A stretch of 64,000 nucleotides of DNA from Blasia pusilla (taxonomy: Eukaryota): contig CM114271.1 in assembly GCA_050084515.1 (NCBI GenBank), positions 5,642,001 through 5,706,000 of the forward strand, in the 5' to 3' direction. Position 1 is the first letter of the stretch. Every line of letters starts with the position of its first letter. A model generated the notes under the pieces. It saw only the letters and a list, made by a program, of their open reading frames with translations. It did no database searches and was not told the origin of the DNA. The translations under genes and the position numbers were made by a program. Of this stretch, positions 51,539 through 64,000 are shown in pieces.

Positions 51539-53210
51539 TCTATATACTACGTAAAAATGAAATAAACTTGAACTTGTGAAATATATTAGAACTTGGAAAT
51601 TCAAGGTAGAGGCTTCACTCTTCTCTTCTTGAAAAGAGAAGGCCACTAGCCCGTCGTGCGGGCCTTGTGCGGGCTTGAGCCCGCCCAATGGGGGCCAAGC
51701 CCGCCCTACGGGCCTAGTTGCGGCCACACAACGGGGTGCACGCTTCGTTAGCCCGGGTCTATGTGGCAGGCTCTAAGCGGGCTCCGGGCGGGCTCGGATG
51801 CGGGCTCGAGTAACGGATGTACATGGAGGGTGTGGGGTTGCCGGAGGAGGAGGAAATTATTCAAGTACACTCACTAAACCAGTTTTCAAGAGGTTCCAAT
51901 GCTAAGGCATCATGATACCTATTTTCGTTTTCACTTGCATTATACTTAGTTTCATGATGTACTTTCATGTGTTCTCTTTATAGAGTTTCTTAGGTTCATG
52001 TCAAGGACTCTTTTCATGTGGGAGTGTGCAAGGTGGACTGTCAAATCATTGACTCTTTGGACAAGGATGGTGCGTGCCCAACAAGAAAATAGTCCCAAAC
52101 TTGCCGAAACAAGGCAAGAGTCAGTCCCACCAACACAAAGATTTCAGAGTCTTCCTAGTTGGGGGATGACAAGAACTCATTTAGAACTCCAACCTCCAAG
52201 CTAAAGAGGTCTGACAGTTGTGCCGCAAGTGTCAATAGAAGGGTCTCCCCAAGGTTGTCTAGGAAACAAGTGCAAGAGGCCTCTGAATACGTTGAAGACC
52301 AAGGAGGTGATGAATCGCCAAGCCCTGACCATGTCAAGAGCAAGCACACTAGACTTGCTCCTAAAGCGAGGCCATATGTTCCACCATGTCGCATCAAAGT
52401 CACCTCCAAGATTATGCAACCAGCAAAGAGATCAATTACTGTGACAAAGGCATGTAATGAAACTCCCGCTGATTACTAGGTATATTGTTGCACCCCCAAT
52501 TCACTTAATCTCAACATGATGAAAGTGTTGAATGAGACACATCTGATGACTTCAACCATAGAATTTTGTTCCGCACTTCATAATACAATAGATGTGAGGT
52601 TCAACAAGTTGAACACATGTACATTGAATTGTAGTGTGTCACCTTGTTTGAGAGCTACTAATTTTGTTTCATGACATTTCTTAGGTCTTTGTCAATGCAC
52701 AAGACGGTAGGAGAAATGACAATGGGTCGGTTGGTGAACAAGGAGTACATGTAAGATTTGTCCACTCATGATTTTTTCTTCTTTGAGTCCTTTTATATTT
52801 GTACACCTTTGGCTTGATTAAGGGTCTTCTTCAAGGGGTGACAGTGACAGTGAGGGGTTGAGCTCAATGGCTACTATTACTTCCTTAGGTCCACACCACT
52901 TTAGAGGAGGACATAAGTTTCCTAACTGCAAAGAATCGAGACAACCACTAGTATCCATGATCAGGTAACAAAGGCATGCTCATTCGGTTATACATGTTGT
53001 ACATGGGTATTTTTTTGGTAAATAGTACTTGAATCACTCACTAATTTTTCTGTTTAGGTTGTTGTGCCAATACATAAAAAGACTCCGACCCAACTGCGCG
53101 TGCAGACTCGTTGGCTACTCTTGCAACAAAACATGTCTTACATGCCTTGTTTTCCAGTTGCTATACTAACATTCTTGTGGCCAACTACACTAGTAGTTGG
53201 CCACTTGAGC
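51539..53210 (+). mobile_element. Possible non-autonomous Helitron carrying a GC-rich motif cluster and spliced-looking fragments
   Basis: A|TCTATATACTACGTAAAA at 51539 resembles a Helitron 5' end and abruptly ends the Helitron C homology. GCCCG/CGGGC cluster at 51640-51810 and an ORF at 52159-52479. The 3' end was not identified. Confidence 0.35.
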
Positions 53211-56200
53211 TTTCATGTATGACAAAGTAAATTTCCACCTATTATCTATTAAACCATATTGGTTTTCTTGTCAAGTTGTACGAAAGATTTTTTATGGCCC
53301 TGAAATACTTAAGTCAAGACCTAAGAAACATACTAGCTCGCAGGAGATAAACTCAAGTAAGGGAATACCGAGGGGAATACTAGAAAACTTGTTTTAAAAG
53401 CAAATAGGGTTTTTTTGCTACTACCATACCCACATGTGTTGGTGATCTATATTCAATGGCTACTTCTATTGTTAGCCTCTAATAGGTAGACCTGGATTTG
53501 ATGGGTTGTTTTGCATAAGTGAGCCACAACATCTGCGCCACTCAACCCTTTCAGATCCACATGGGCTGAATAGGAGGCTAGCTTCAACTCCACACCTATT
53601 CCAGACTTGGGGATGCCTTGGATGCAACCCCTGCCTTATTGAATCTTGTGGACAGTGTGAACTCAAGGTAAGCATGTAGATCTCATCTACCGCATCGTCA
53701 TGTAAAGATGGCAAGTAGTGGGTTCTTGTTGCCTAGTAAGTGATGAGCTTTGTGACTTGTATGATTTCTATCTCCTATAGGATAAGCTCTGTGTTTTTTT
53801 GTTATGGCAAATACATACATATAACAACGGAGGAAATTTTGAATATCTTCCAATTTTGAGCCGAGGTAGCCTTCAATCTCCATTGTGGAAAATAGTTTGG
53901 ACTTTTGATGCGATCTCCATTATAGCATTGCCAATTTTATAAACTTTACATGTTGTATAGGTTCTGTGCGGATTGCATAAAAAAATACGTCGAGAGGAAC
54001 TTGGATAGGAGTTCAATGACATTTCCAATTTTGTATATATTCCTCTTTCATGATGTGTCGAAACACATTAACAAGTATGCGGCCTATGCAATTAGTAATA
54101 CTAAAAGAAGTTAAAAAGTAAATATTATTTTAAATATAATTGTATGAATTTAAAGTACTGTAGGGAAAAGTAAGTTTTGTAGCTTTAGGTAGGTGTTGCA
54201 TAAATTTGGCTAAGAAAGAATTTGTATGAATGGGAAAGAAAATAATTTATTGGTGACCATTTATCAATGTTATGGGGATAATGTAATAATTTTTACGTTG
54301 GCTTTGAATATCAAAACATGAAAGAATTTATCGAGAGTATTGGTGACAGTAGTTAATTCATTAAGGAATGTTTGATATGATTTTTTTTGGTGCAGTTAAG
54401 GAATGTGAAAGAAATGTGTGCCGAAAATAAGTCTTAGAAAGAAATCAAACGATAAACATAGTATTCCACCCAGAGGGTAGGACATGCAAGAAAGTAAAAG
54501 TAAAAGTGGATATTCATTCTGTAAGGAAAAGTAATTTAGTCCATATTTATCCAAAATCTTTATAAAAGGCGTTGGTGTGAGTGAACTAGCAAACCACTCA
54601 TAAATGCATAAAAGTACAATTGAAGTAGCATGTTCCAAAAACCATGATCTAAAGTGCACACGGGATATGAGAGCACTTCAGCTGAAGATTTGAACAACAA
54701 GTTTAATCTAAACCATATTGTATAGGATGTCATCTATCCTCTATAGTCTCTCAACATGGACTGAATTATACTAAGTGGTGGACTATCTTCTATACGGGGA
54801 CCAAAAAGCCTTGCAAAATCAAAAACTTGATTTCTGATTTCCTACAACTGACTTTTGAGAGCTTAAATCTCAACAACGTCTTGTTGGTTTTGTTGAAGTA
54901 AAGAAAAGAGTGCTTCATTGAGGTCGTTCATCAGTGTAGGCAAGTGCAGGCTGTTGTACTCTACTACACGGATGGAATATGTATAATCATCATCGGATGA
55001 TTGTACTCTCATTTCATCACTACTAATGCCTTGATGGTAGTGAATGTTGACATCTCTCTCCCTGGAGTGAATTTTGTTGGCTTGTCAAGCAGCATGCAAT
55101 GATGATACAACTTGATGCATGGGTCCGCGATGAACTAGTTGGCCTACACGCAAACCTGATCTCTAAGAAATAGAAGCAAACAAATTTATGAACATTAGAA
55201 TTTATCATTGGTGTAGAATTTAAAATGAAGACAATGAGGAAAGGAAAGTGGAACAAATAAATAGTGTAGTGCACTCTATCACAATTGAGAAGAGAATTAT
55301 GCAATAAAGATATCACAGGATTGTAATCTAGAAGTACGGTTAGAACAAATATGGACATAAATATACAGATGAGAAAAAGTCAGAATAGAAATGAAAGAAA
55401 ATTCACAACTGGTATGAGAGGTATTCATAAATCCAGCAAACATAATTTAATGAAAACTTGTACTTTTATATTAGATATATAGTAGAAGAAAGCTCCGAAC
55501 AGTTACAAAATGTATGCAAAAGCATAGATAAAGATTGTGTGTAAGGTAGCACCGATAGCTTTCTAAGTAGCAGAAATGCAAAGCAATAAAAAATCAGCAG
55601 TATGAAATCAAAATGTATGCTAATGGAGAGTGGTGTTTATCATTGCAGTTGTGACCTGCAAAACTAGAACACATGGTACGAGTACAATTCATTGAAGCAA
55701 ATTGAGCAAGAATGGAAAAAGAAACAAAGCAATAGCCTTATATCTTGCCAAGGGTTGGTTTGTACTTCAGGCACATTTGCGCTTGTTAGCTTATGTAACA
55801 AGAAGGTTTGTATCATAAGTGACATTTGCTAGGTTTGGTAAAGAAAGATTGGTCACGGACATTGGGTTGGCATGTGGCAAAGTTGAAGATGATGCCTGGG
55901 ATGGAACAACGGCAGGTGTAGAGGAAACAAGGATGACATCCTCAAACTCAGGAAATAGCTGCATATGCGGAGGATTATAAAGGTCAATAGGTAGGGGGGC
56001 AAACTGTGGGAGCTTGCCATCATCATGTGCAGTTTTCATGCCACGAATTAATTAAGGTGCTTTTACAGAGGAGGAATCTAGTAATATTGTAAGTGGTAGA
56101 TGCATCTAATGTATGAGTGTTATGAGTTGTTTAAATGGATGTCACCATTGATGTTCCCAAAATGATGGCTGACGCCTAGATTGTCTAAATACTTCATTTG

Positions 56201-56581
56201 ATTCTCAGTAGGCGATGTATAGCGTGGCCTCACATCCTCTTGCTCAGTGTTAATGTCGTTTAAAATCATGGTGGAAAAAATGAAATAGTTCATAGGAACT
56301 TGAGAAGTGAGTGTTAGCAAATGAGGTTTGTTACTTTACAAAGTCAATTCCTCCAAAGTATCGCCCCAAGTGAATGACTGCTGAACTGCATTGGCCAATC
56401 TGAGGAATTTGAACAATAGGATGAGGCTTGCCCGCTGATCTTGCAACTCGTTCACGTATGGAGCTACCTTGGGATGCCATCCTTCTTAAAATGATAACAA
56501 AGAAAATTAATCTTGCAAATGATGATTATCTTGTCCAAATTCTTGGAAATCTGTAGGATGTAGTTCCCCAAAAATCCCTAG

Positions 56582-57733
56582 CTAGTTTATAGCCTTTACT
56601 TGAGATAGCATGACATAAGCAAGGTCTATAGCAAATACAGACTTGATAACCAAAAGACAAGGACCATAAATTGTTGAACCGTGACTCTTGTGACCCGTCA
56701 TTGCGTATCTGAGAGTTAGTGGGAATGGCCTTTTAAAATACTTCTGTTGGGATGCATACGTGAGAGTTGCAAATTTTGATCTACTAATGATCAAATATTT
56801 GTTGCTTCATAATATGCTGATCATAATACCTACCAAGCCCTCACCATTGTAAATTAAGTATATCACCTTTGCTAAGGAGCCATTGGCACCTTGCAGCCTC
56901 AAATTGATATTTGAAGTAAGCATAACAACAAAATGCAAGGAAACATATGGTAACCGGTGGAGTGTGGTGTCTTCTAACCAAGCACTAAATTCAGGTGTGA
57001 GTGGAGCATCTGATGTAACAAGCACTTTCATAATAGATGCATCCCCAAACAATCGTCTTAAAGCAAGTACATTGAACACTGACACATCTTCACAGTGTGT
57101 GCATATAATTGTTGTGTCATGGTGAATGAAATCAATAGCTTCATTTTCTAAGACAAAATAATCGGACAACCAACTATTAAGCTCAAATTATGTAGGTGGT
57201 GTGTTTCTAATAGAAGTAAGAAATTTAAGGTACTCTGGGTCATGTGAATGCCTCACTGGAGTTGACAATTGAAAGGTCATGATATTGTGGAAGAATATCT
57301 CAACATTGAACACTCGTCTATAACAACCACTTGAGCAGACTTCAACCTTCAAAAAGTATCAGAACTAGGGTGCATTCTTGGGAGATCACCTTTTATGGGT
57401 GTAGCAAAGGCAGAATGAACACTTGTGACCTCATTGTGAAGCCTAATAGCAACAATTCCTATAGTTTTTGTTAGCAATGGGCTCATTGTTGCCCGAGTCC
57501 ATATTTTGTGCATGAATGTTATGAAATGTGTCTTGCCACAACTAGGTGGACCTTTTAGAAGTACAAGACTTGACGCAAGGCTGTGGAGAGTATTAAAAAG
57601 AGTTAATTTCTCATCATTAAGACTAGAGAGATCAATGTTCCGGGAATGGACCTCATGTAGTGGTGATGAACAAGAATTATGGCATGAAGAGGTCAAGAGC
57701 ATGTCACTAATGTTTATATCTAGTTCAGGTGAA
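56582..57733 (-). pseudogene. Degenerate, intronless Pif1-like helicase distinct from the canonical Helitron helicases in this window
   Basis: LLKGPPSCGKT (Walker A), IGIVAIRL..VTSVHSAF, VVVIDECSML (Walker B), VRHSHDPEYLKFL.SIR, ICTHCED, VMLTSNIN...GANG, FPLTLRYAMTGHKSHGSTI, AYVMLSQV. The motif III region appears deleted, and the 5' end is cut by the Gypsy LTR. Confidence 0.85.
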
Positions 57734-59668
57734 TCTTTTAGGATAGATCGATGAGATCTAGTAGAGCAAGTTTGGGAGTAGTGGAGGACAGGCTCATGAG
57801 ATCGAGGATAACCTATTGAGGCCCCAAGAAACCTGAGGGAGCTGGTTTCCCCTTCGTTTCGGCTCATTTTGGAGCCATATTGAAGAACTTACTATTTTGG
57901 GCGATTACCATTTTGAGTATATGATCAAATTTTTTTTTTTGAAAGTGTCCCTTGACCTCCTACATCAGTTCAAGAGCCAAGGAGATGACTTGGGAGCATA
58001 TGTTACCATGGAGAGAGCTTGGGAGAGGGGAGGGGTATACCTCAAGGAGAGAGAGCTTGACAACTCATTCTCTCTTTGTTGAATCTCTTGGCATGAGGGG
58101 GCGGAGTTATGGTCTTGCTTGCCTTGTGTGTGTAGCCCAAGCCTCTCATTAGGAGACTGGGTTTGATTTGACATTGAAAGAGATACGTGAGAGTGCACAT
58201 ATGTGAGAGTTATGGTGTTATGAGAGAGATTTGACCTTATTTTACAAAGAGAGAATTAAGAGAGTGAGAGAGCTTCAATGGAGGAGTTGGCTAATCACTC
58301 ATTGATGTGCCAGTTGGGGATCGTGTTCCCCATTCATCGACTCATGGGAGTGCTCACCGGAGCAAGCGCTACTTATTTTATTGTTTTCCATTTCAAATTT
58401 GTTTTTGTGGAAGAGTGGCGCGTGGAAGCGCTGCCCAAATGATTCTTTAGAGATGAAGTTTGGGGCGGTGTTCCAATGCTCTCAAGAGCACCAAGTAGCT
58501 TGCTGATTTGAAGCAGATTTAAAGGGCTTCATGACAGTTCCCTTCAATTTTTCTGGGAAAGTCAAGTGAAGAAAAAAAAAGATGCTGCTGTAGATCTCAA
58601 AGCTCTACACGTTGTGGAAGAAATAGTGCGCGATTATGAGTTGTGAGAAAAATGTTATGGTTGATCTTGCAAAACTGCCATTGCTAGGCGATTTTTAGGG
58701 TAAAATTGTTCAAACCCTAAACTAGCTTCCGCGCCCGCGGCGATTGTCGCGATCATAGTCACCATCAAGGATCCGCAATTAACGATCAATCGTCACCATC
58801 GGCCGCCGCTGCCGCCTAGCGCCGCTTAGAGCCGCGTTCGGCCGTTGTCCACCGTTGGTTGCCATTGCCGCCATTACGAAATGGACGGTCACCTTCCACG
58901 ACGACCATTGATTCTTTGACTTGAGCCGCCACCACGTACTCTGTTGTGGCCGCCGCCGTCATCGTAGTTTTTTCATCAACCAATGATGGCATGTGATATC
59001 GGGTTGATGGTGTTTGAGTTAACATTTCATTCTGCTATGTTGTGATTGGTAGCCGTTTGACAATGGTCGAGTTTCGTTCAGTGACGCCCATAACCGCAAT
59101 GCGCCGCCGATTGTCACGTTGTGCCGCTTGTGGCCATACCGCACCATCTCGATCGCGGAGCCACTCCTTCACTAAGGTGTAGAGTGTGTGTATTGATGAT
59201 TGAGAAGGGTATGCCATGGAATGCCGCATCCCGTTATCGAGTGTCGTGCCATTTTTTAGCTGTTTCGTCTCGCGAGTGCTGCACCATACCATTGGATCCG
59301 CACCGCATAAGAAGGAGGTTTTAGCATCGTTAGTACTAGAGGGGGTAAAACTTGCTGATTATAGGATTTTGTTGTCATGATCGAATTGGGTTCGAGGTTT
59401 GCAGTTGCTAAGGAGCGATCGACATTTATTCAAGTTTTCCATTATGGTCTTTTGCATGGACGTGTTAGGGAATTCCGAGTATTGGGTGGTTATTTGGGAT
59501 ATTGGGTTTTGTGCAGATACTAAGAGCATCATTGATGTATGGGTTTAGGGGACATAGACTTGTGTGGGATGTCTAGAGTTAAGGGTATGTGTTGTTCATG
59601 AGATGATAGGACAGTAGTTGATTTGCCGCACCATGCCGCTTGTTGCCGCACAACACACTTCTCAGTGA

Positions 59669-59960
59669 GATAGACCATCATTGACTGTGGTCAACATGAT
59701 TGGCATGCCACAAGAAGCCTTTCCCACATTGGTAAGTTTTCCCGCTTCCTATGCATTCAAGGAGGCCGGGATTGGCTTTGTTTGGGATTACCAGGTACGG
59801 GGGTGGTGGAGCCCAACATCGATGAGCGAGAGCGAGTGATGGGATTCCCCACAGGAGTGACGGCAATACCGCCACTATCAGAGGCATCACGACGTCATGT
59901 CTTGGGTCAAGCAATCAACATGAACTGCTTGATATGGATTTTCAGCTTAGGAGTAGCTGA
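59669..59960 (+). pseudogene. C-terminal fragment of a C5-cytosine DNA methyltransferase (TRD plus motif IX/X-like) inside the Gypsy element
   Basis: Reads DRPSLTVVNMIGMPQEAFPTLVSFPASYAFKEAGIGFVWD, then after a frameshift VEPNIDERERVMGFPTGVTAIPPLSEASRRHVLGQAINMNCLIW. E.ER.MGFP..T and R..LGQA resemble motifs IX and X. Confidence 0.75.
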
Positions 59961-62900
59961 GCAGATTCGTTTGAGGATGCAATTGATCATAGTTGTTGCG
60001 TTGGTGAGCCCCATGCCTACCGAGACGATCGAGGAAGTGGCTGGGGATGAGACCCGAGGAGATCAACACACCGGGGGTGATCGAGAGAGACACCCTTGGA
60101 CTTCTTGGGATGTTTTGCACGTACACCGGGAGATGATAGCCACAACATCGAGCGTGGTTTTGGGTACTATACATGGAGGAGATCCGATTTTGCAGTTGGC
60201 TGCATGAGAGGAGTCGAGTTCTGTTGTCCGAGTTGGGATTACACCATAGCAAGCACTAGCACCCACGCCGGAGAGTCCTATGGTAGTCACAATGGAGACT
60301 TGGAAGGCAGATATGGGCCTTGAGTTGACAAGCGGAGAGCGGCGCCAGATACACCAATTCCTTAGGAGTTATAGGAGTTGTTTTGCATTTAGTATGCAAG
60401 ATTTGGGTACGATGAATGGTCCAAGGATCTACATAGAGTTGTCGAGTGACACGCCAATCTTCCGACGACCTTAGAGGTATAGTGACATGGAGAGGGCTCT
60501 GATTCAAAGTAGGAGCTAGGACTTAGTTGGAGCAAGATTAGTGAAGATGTCGCATGGAGAGTATGCATGTGCCATAGTCATGCCCGCCAAGAAGGATGTG
60601 CATGGCAATCGAGATGGCAATTGGACGGTTAGGCGGATGTATGGAGATTACCAACCTATCAATCGATAGAAAAAGTCCGATAGGTAGATGCCATTCCCAC
60701 CCCTGAGGAGATCTTTGATGCTTTTGGACATGCAAAGGTCTTCAATTCGTTAGATCTTCGAGATGGATACCATCAGCTGCCTATTAGATTGGAGAACATG
60801 CAGAAGACGATATTTTGGAGCATCGAGCCTCATGGGAAGGATTATTTGTATAAGTGGAGGTTCTTACCATTTGGGTTAAAGAACGCCCCGGTTGAGTTTT
60901 AGAGGGTCATGGATAGGATCTTGGCAGGTCTGAATTTTGCTAGGTGTTACATTGATGACATCGTAGTCTTGAGCGCCACGATTGAGGAGCATGAGCGACA
61001 TCTAGAGGAGGTGTTTTGAAGATTTCAATTACATGGGCTGAAGCTACATCCAAGCAAGTGCAAGTTCTTCGAAGACCATATTGAGTACCTGGGTCATACG
61101 ATATATCCATGGAGTCTTGGTGTGCAGCAGACAAAGATAGAGGCTATTTCATGCATTCCATGCCCTACTGATGTGAGTCGAGTTCGTGCATTCATGGGAT
61201 TAGCAAACTTCTATCAACGATACGTCAAGGGGTTCAGTTTGATTGTGAAGCCGTTGACCTTATTGACCAAGGTGGATCAAGAGTGGCTCTAAGGGATGAG
61301 CAGGAGAGAGCATTTCAGCTGCTCAAGGATAGATTGACGTCCGCGCCCATGTTGAGGAGACCGATCAGGGGGCGTCCTTTCCAGTTGCATACCCATTTGA
61401 GCATGTTGGGGCTTGAGTCGTGCTCACCCATCATGACGATGATGGTAGAGATTTCGTTGTGGCTTACGCTAGTCGCTCGGACAACGCTGCAGAGGCAAAG
61501 TATTGCTCGTATGAGAGTGAGTGCTTGGCTGCGGTATGGGTTGTCGCACATTTTAAGTGTTACCTATTCGAAAACCCCTTTACCATGATTACTGATCATC
61601 AGCCACTTAAATGGTTGATGGAGTCCGGAAAGCTTACATGGAAGTTTGCGAGGTGGGCTCTTTTGTTGTAGGAGTATGACTTTCTGGTGGTGCATAGGCC
61701 TAGGACGCTCAACCAGGATGCAAAGGTTTGAGCCGTAACCCATGCCTGAGATAGCGAGATGCAATTGGAGCTTGTCAGCATGGTGAGAATGATGAGGAGT
61801 TGGTGCCAAGATGGCACGCGTCAGCCTATTTGGGCTTGTTGGCTATGGAGAGCCAGATTGCTTAAGCTTCGATGGCGAGGTTTGATGGAAAGTTCTTAGA
61901 TCTTGAGGCCGGTGAGGAGACGATAGGTGGTCGAGACATTCACGACGGTGGAGTAGTCTTGGAGTACATGCGTAATGGCAGTGTTGCGAGCACAGTGGGT
62001 GCTAGAGAGCGGGATTGGATTCTACAGCGAGCTAGACGGTTCCGGTGGGAGGTCACACATATGTTGCAAGTGTGGGAGGATGGTAGAGTACGTGTAGTGC
62101 CTCATCCTTCATAGAGAGCACGTTTGGTGGGTCATGCCCACAAAGAGTTGGATCATTTTGGAGTGAAGCGGACGTACAACTTGCTCTAAATATAGTATTG
62201 GTGGTAAGGCCAGTAGCTTGACGTTCAACAGTTTGTTGCCATGTGCGGGCATCGTTCAATGCTCGAATCCACAATTGCATCCACTTCCGATCATGGGTTT
62301 AGGTTATAGATGGAGTTTGGATTTTGCAAGACCTTTACCTTTGACGGAGCGCCATAGTCGTTATGTGTTGGTGATGGTCGAGCACTTCTCGAAGTGGATA
62401 GAGTTGGTTGCATTGTTTGACAAAATGAGTAAGGGAGTAGCATATGCCTTCCTAGATTGAGTGTTGAGTCATTACGGTGCACCATATGAGGTGTTGACAA
62501 ACCAAGATACCGAGTTTTGCGGGGAGTTTCAAGCCTTGTGTGATGAGGCGATGATCGACCAGTGCACCACTTTGCTAGATCATCCTCATGCGGATGGACT
62601 AGCGGAGAGGGTTGTGCATACGGTGAAGAGAGGATAATACAAGTATGGCATGCAGAGAGGTCACATAGGAGATTGGGACCTCCAGTTTTTGTGGTTGGCG
62701 ATGGGATATAGATTCAACAGGCACGCATCCTTAGCATCTTTCTCACCATATTTGCTACTTTATGGGCGAAAGCCTAATTTACCTACGGCCATTTGTCAAG
62801 GTATTGGTGAGGTGTTGAAACTTGATGACCTTGATGTATGGATGCGAGCATGTTCTCATAGGAGTGAGGTTGTTTCGGAGATTGATGCCCATGGGGTTTG

Positions 62901-63199
62901 AGAACTTGGCGATTGCGCAGCATCCGGATACGTTGAGGTATGTGACTACTCGGGAAGGTGGTTATCGACCTACTATCCGGAGGTTTCATCAGGGAGACTA
63001 TGTCTACTTGCATCAGATGGCACCCATGATGTTGGATGTGACTTCACGGCGCACTATCTTGAGAGTGCGTGAGATTTTGCCATGTGTTGTTATCTTATTG
63101 GAGGGATGCAATGGTATGGTTTGGAAGGACCATGTGCGTAATTGTGCGCCATGTCACCTTTCGAACATTGAAAATATAGTAGTTCCTGTAGGCTTACGA

Positions 63200-63334
63200 T
63201 GTATGTTGTGTGGTTATGGTTGTGGTGCAGTCACTATGCTAATCAATGATGGGTGTTCGAGAGGATGGCAAATGGCATGTTTGACGCCACCTCTCACTAG
63301 GGTTCCTCAAGGACGATGAATGTTTCCCAGATTT
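63200..63334 (+). pseudogene. Degenerate PHD finger at the integrase C-terminus
   Basis: CMLCG...TMLINDGCSRGWQMACLTPPLTRVPQGR*MFP matches the PHD consensus C..C...MLLCD.C..GWH..CL.PPL..VP.G.W.CP. The TGA is at the conserved Trp. Confidence 0.85.
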
Positions 63335-64000
63335 ACATATAGTAGGTAGTTCTAGATTCCAACTTGTGTCAGTGACAACGATGAAAAGAAGGCAACTAAC
63401 GATGGGCCATATGAGCACCCGACCTTTTTGCTCTTAGCGTCCTAAAGATGTATGTCATAAAAGGTAGGGATATATGACTATCTGGAGTTAGAGGGACCTA
63501 ACCACCAGCTAGGGGGGCGATTGGAGATATTTTGGTACTTCTCGCCTCTGTGTTTGGATGCCATGATTTAGCATGGGATCGTGCGTGTTTTTGTGTGTGT
63601 GTGTGTGTTCGATGACAGCGATGTATGTTGTGTAGCGATATGTATGAACACGATAAGTGTCATGTCTTTTAGGATATATCGGTGAGATCTAGTAGAGCGC
63701 CTTCGCGAGTAGTGGAGGACATCTGAGGAGGTCGAGGATGACTTGTTGAGGCCCCGGGAAACTTGAGAGAGCAAGTTTCCCCTTCATTTCAGCTCATTTG
63801 GGGCCATATTTAGAAACTTGCTATTTTGGGCAATTATCATTTTAAGAATATGATCAGTTTCTATTCTAGGAAGTATCCCTTACCTCCTACATCAGTTCAA
63901 GAGCCAAGGAGGTGATTTGGGAGCATAGGTTACCATGGAGAGAGCTTGATAGCTCATTCTCTTTTATTATACCTCTTGGCATGAGGTGGCGGAGCTATGG

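Larger units (their letters stand above)
57734..64000 (+). mobile_element. Degenerate Ty3/Gypsy LTR retrotransposon carrying a C5 DNA-methyltransferase C-terminal remnant and a PHD finger
   Basis: LTR pair: 57734 onward matches 63665-64000. RT (DLRDGYHQL, LPFGLKNAP, YIDDIVV), RNase H (PFQLHT, VAYASRS, SYESECLAAVW, ITDHQPLKWL), integrase (WSLDFA.PLP, MVEHFSKW, HPHADGLAERVV). Order RT-RH-INT is Gypsy. No gag or protease recognised. Confidence 0.93.

Noticed and set aside
57349-57867. 172-aa ORF as a complete helicase start
   Set aside because: Its N-terminal ~45 codons are antisense Gypsy LTR, so it is a chimeric junction.

Overview
AT-rich, intron-containing eukaryotic DNA that looks like a land plant with flagellated sperm (bryophyte, lycophyte or fern; inferred from gene content and TE families). 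There are four host-type genes: an intronless 2OG-Fe(II)-oxygenase-fold gene (9092-11347, -), an intronless TPLATE-complex sigma-like subunit LOLITA (30578-31021, +), a multi-exon NatC auxiliary subunit NAA35/MAK10 (34809-43206, -) and a six-exon probable axonemal protein (45235-47594, +). They sit among decayed transposons: a Copia 3' end, three Helitron remnants, two solo LTRs, two Gypsy remnants, a MITE-like inverted repeat and a stand-alone Pif1-like helicase remnant. Main observations: (1) a Gypsy element (57734-end) carries the C-terminal part of a C5-cytosine DNA methyltransferase before RT and a PHD finger after integrase, i.e. a chromatin writer plus reader cargo; (2) a Helitron has a ~7.1 kb internal inversion bounded by a 5-bp inverted microhomology, and re-inverting it restores the helicase frame; (3) a nested palindrome-of-palindromes lies between two convergent genes; (4) the oxygenase-fold gene has an altered HxD motif and a ~140-bp degenerate tandem array upstream. 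All protein identities come from motif recognition, not database searches.
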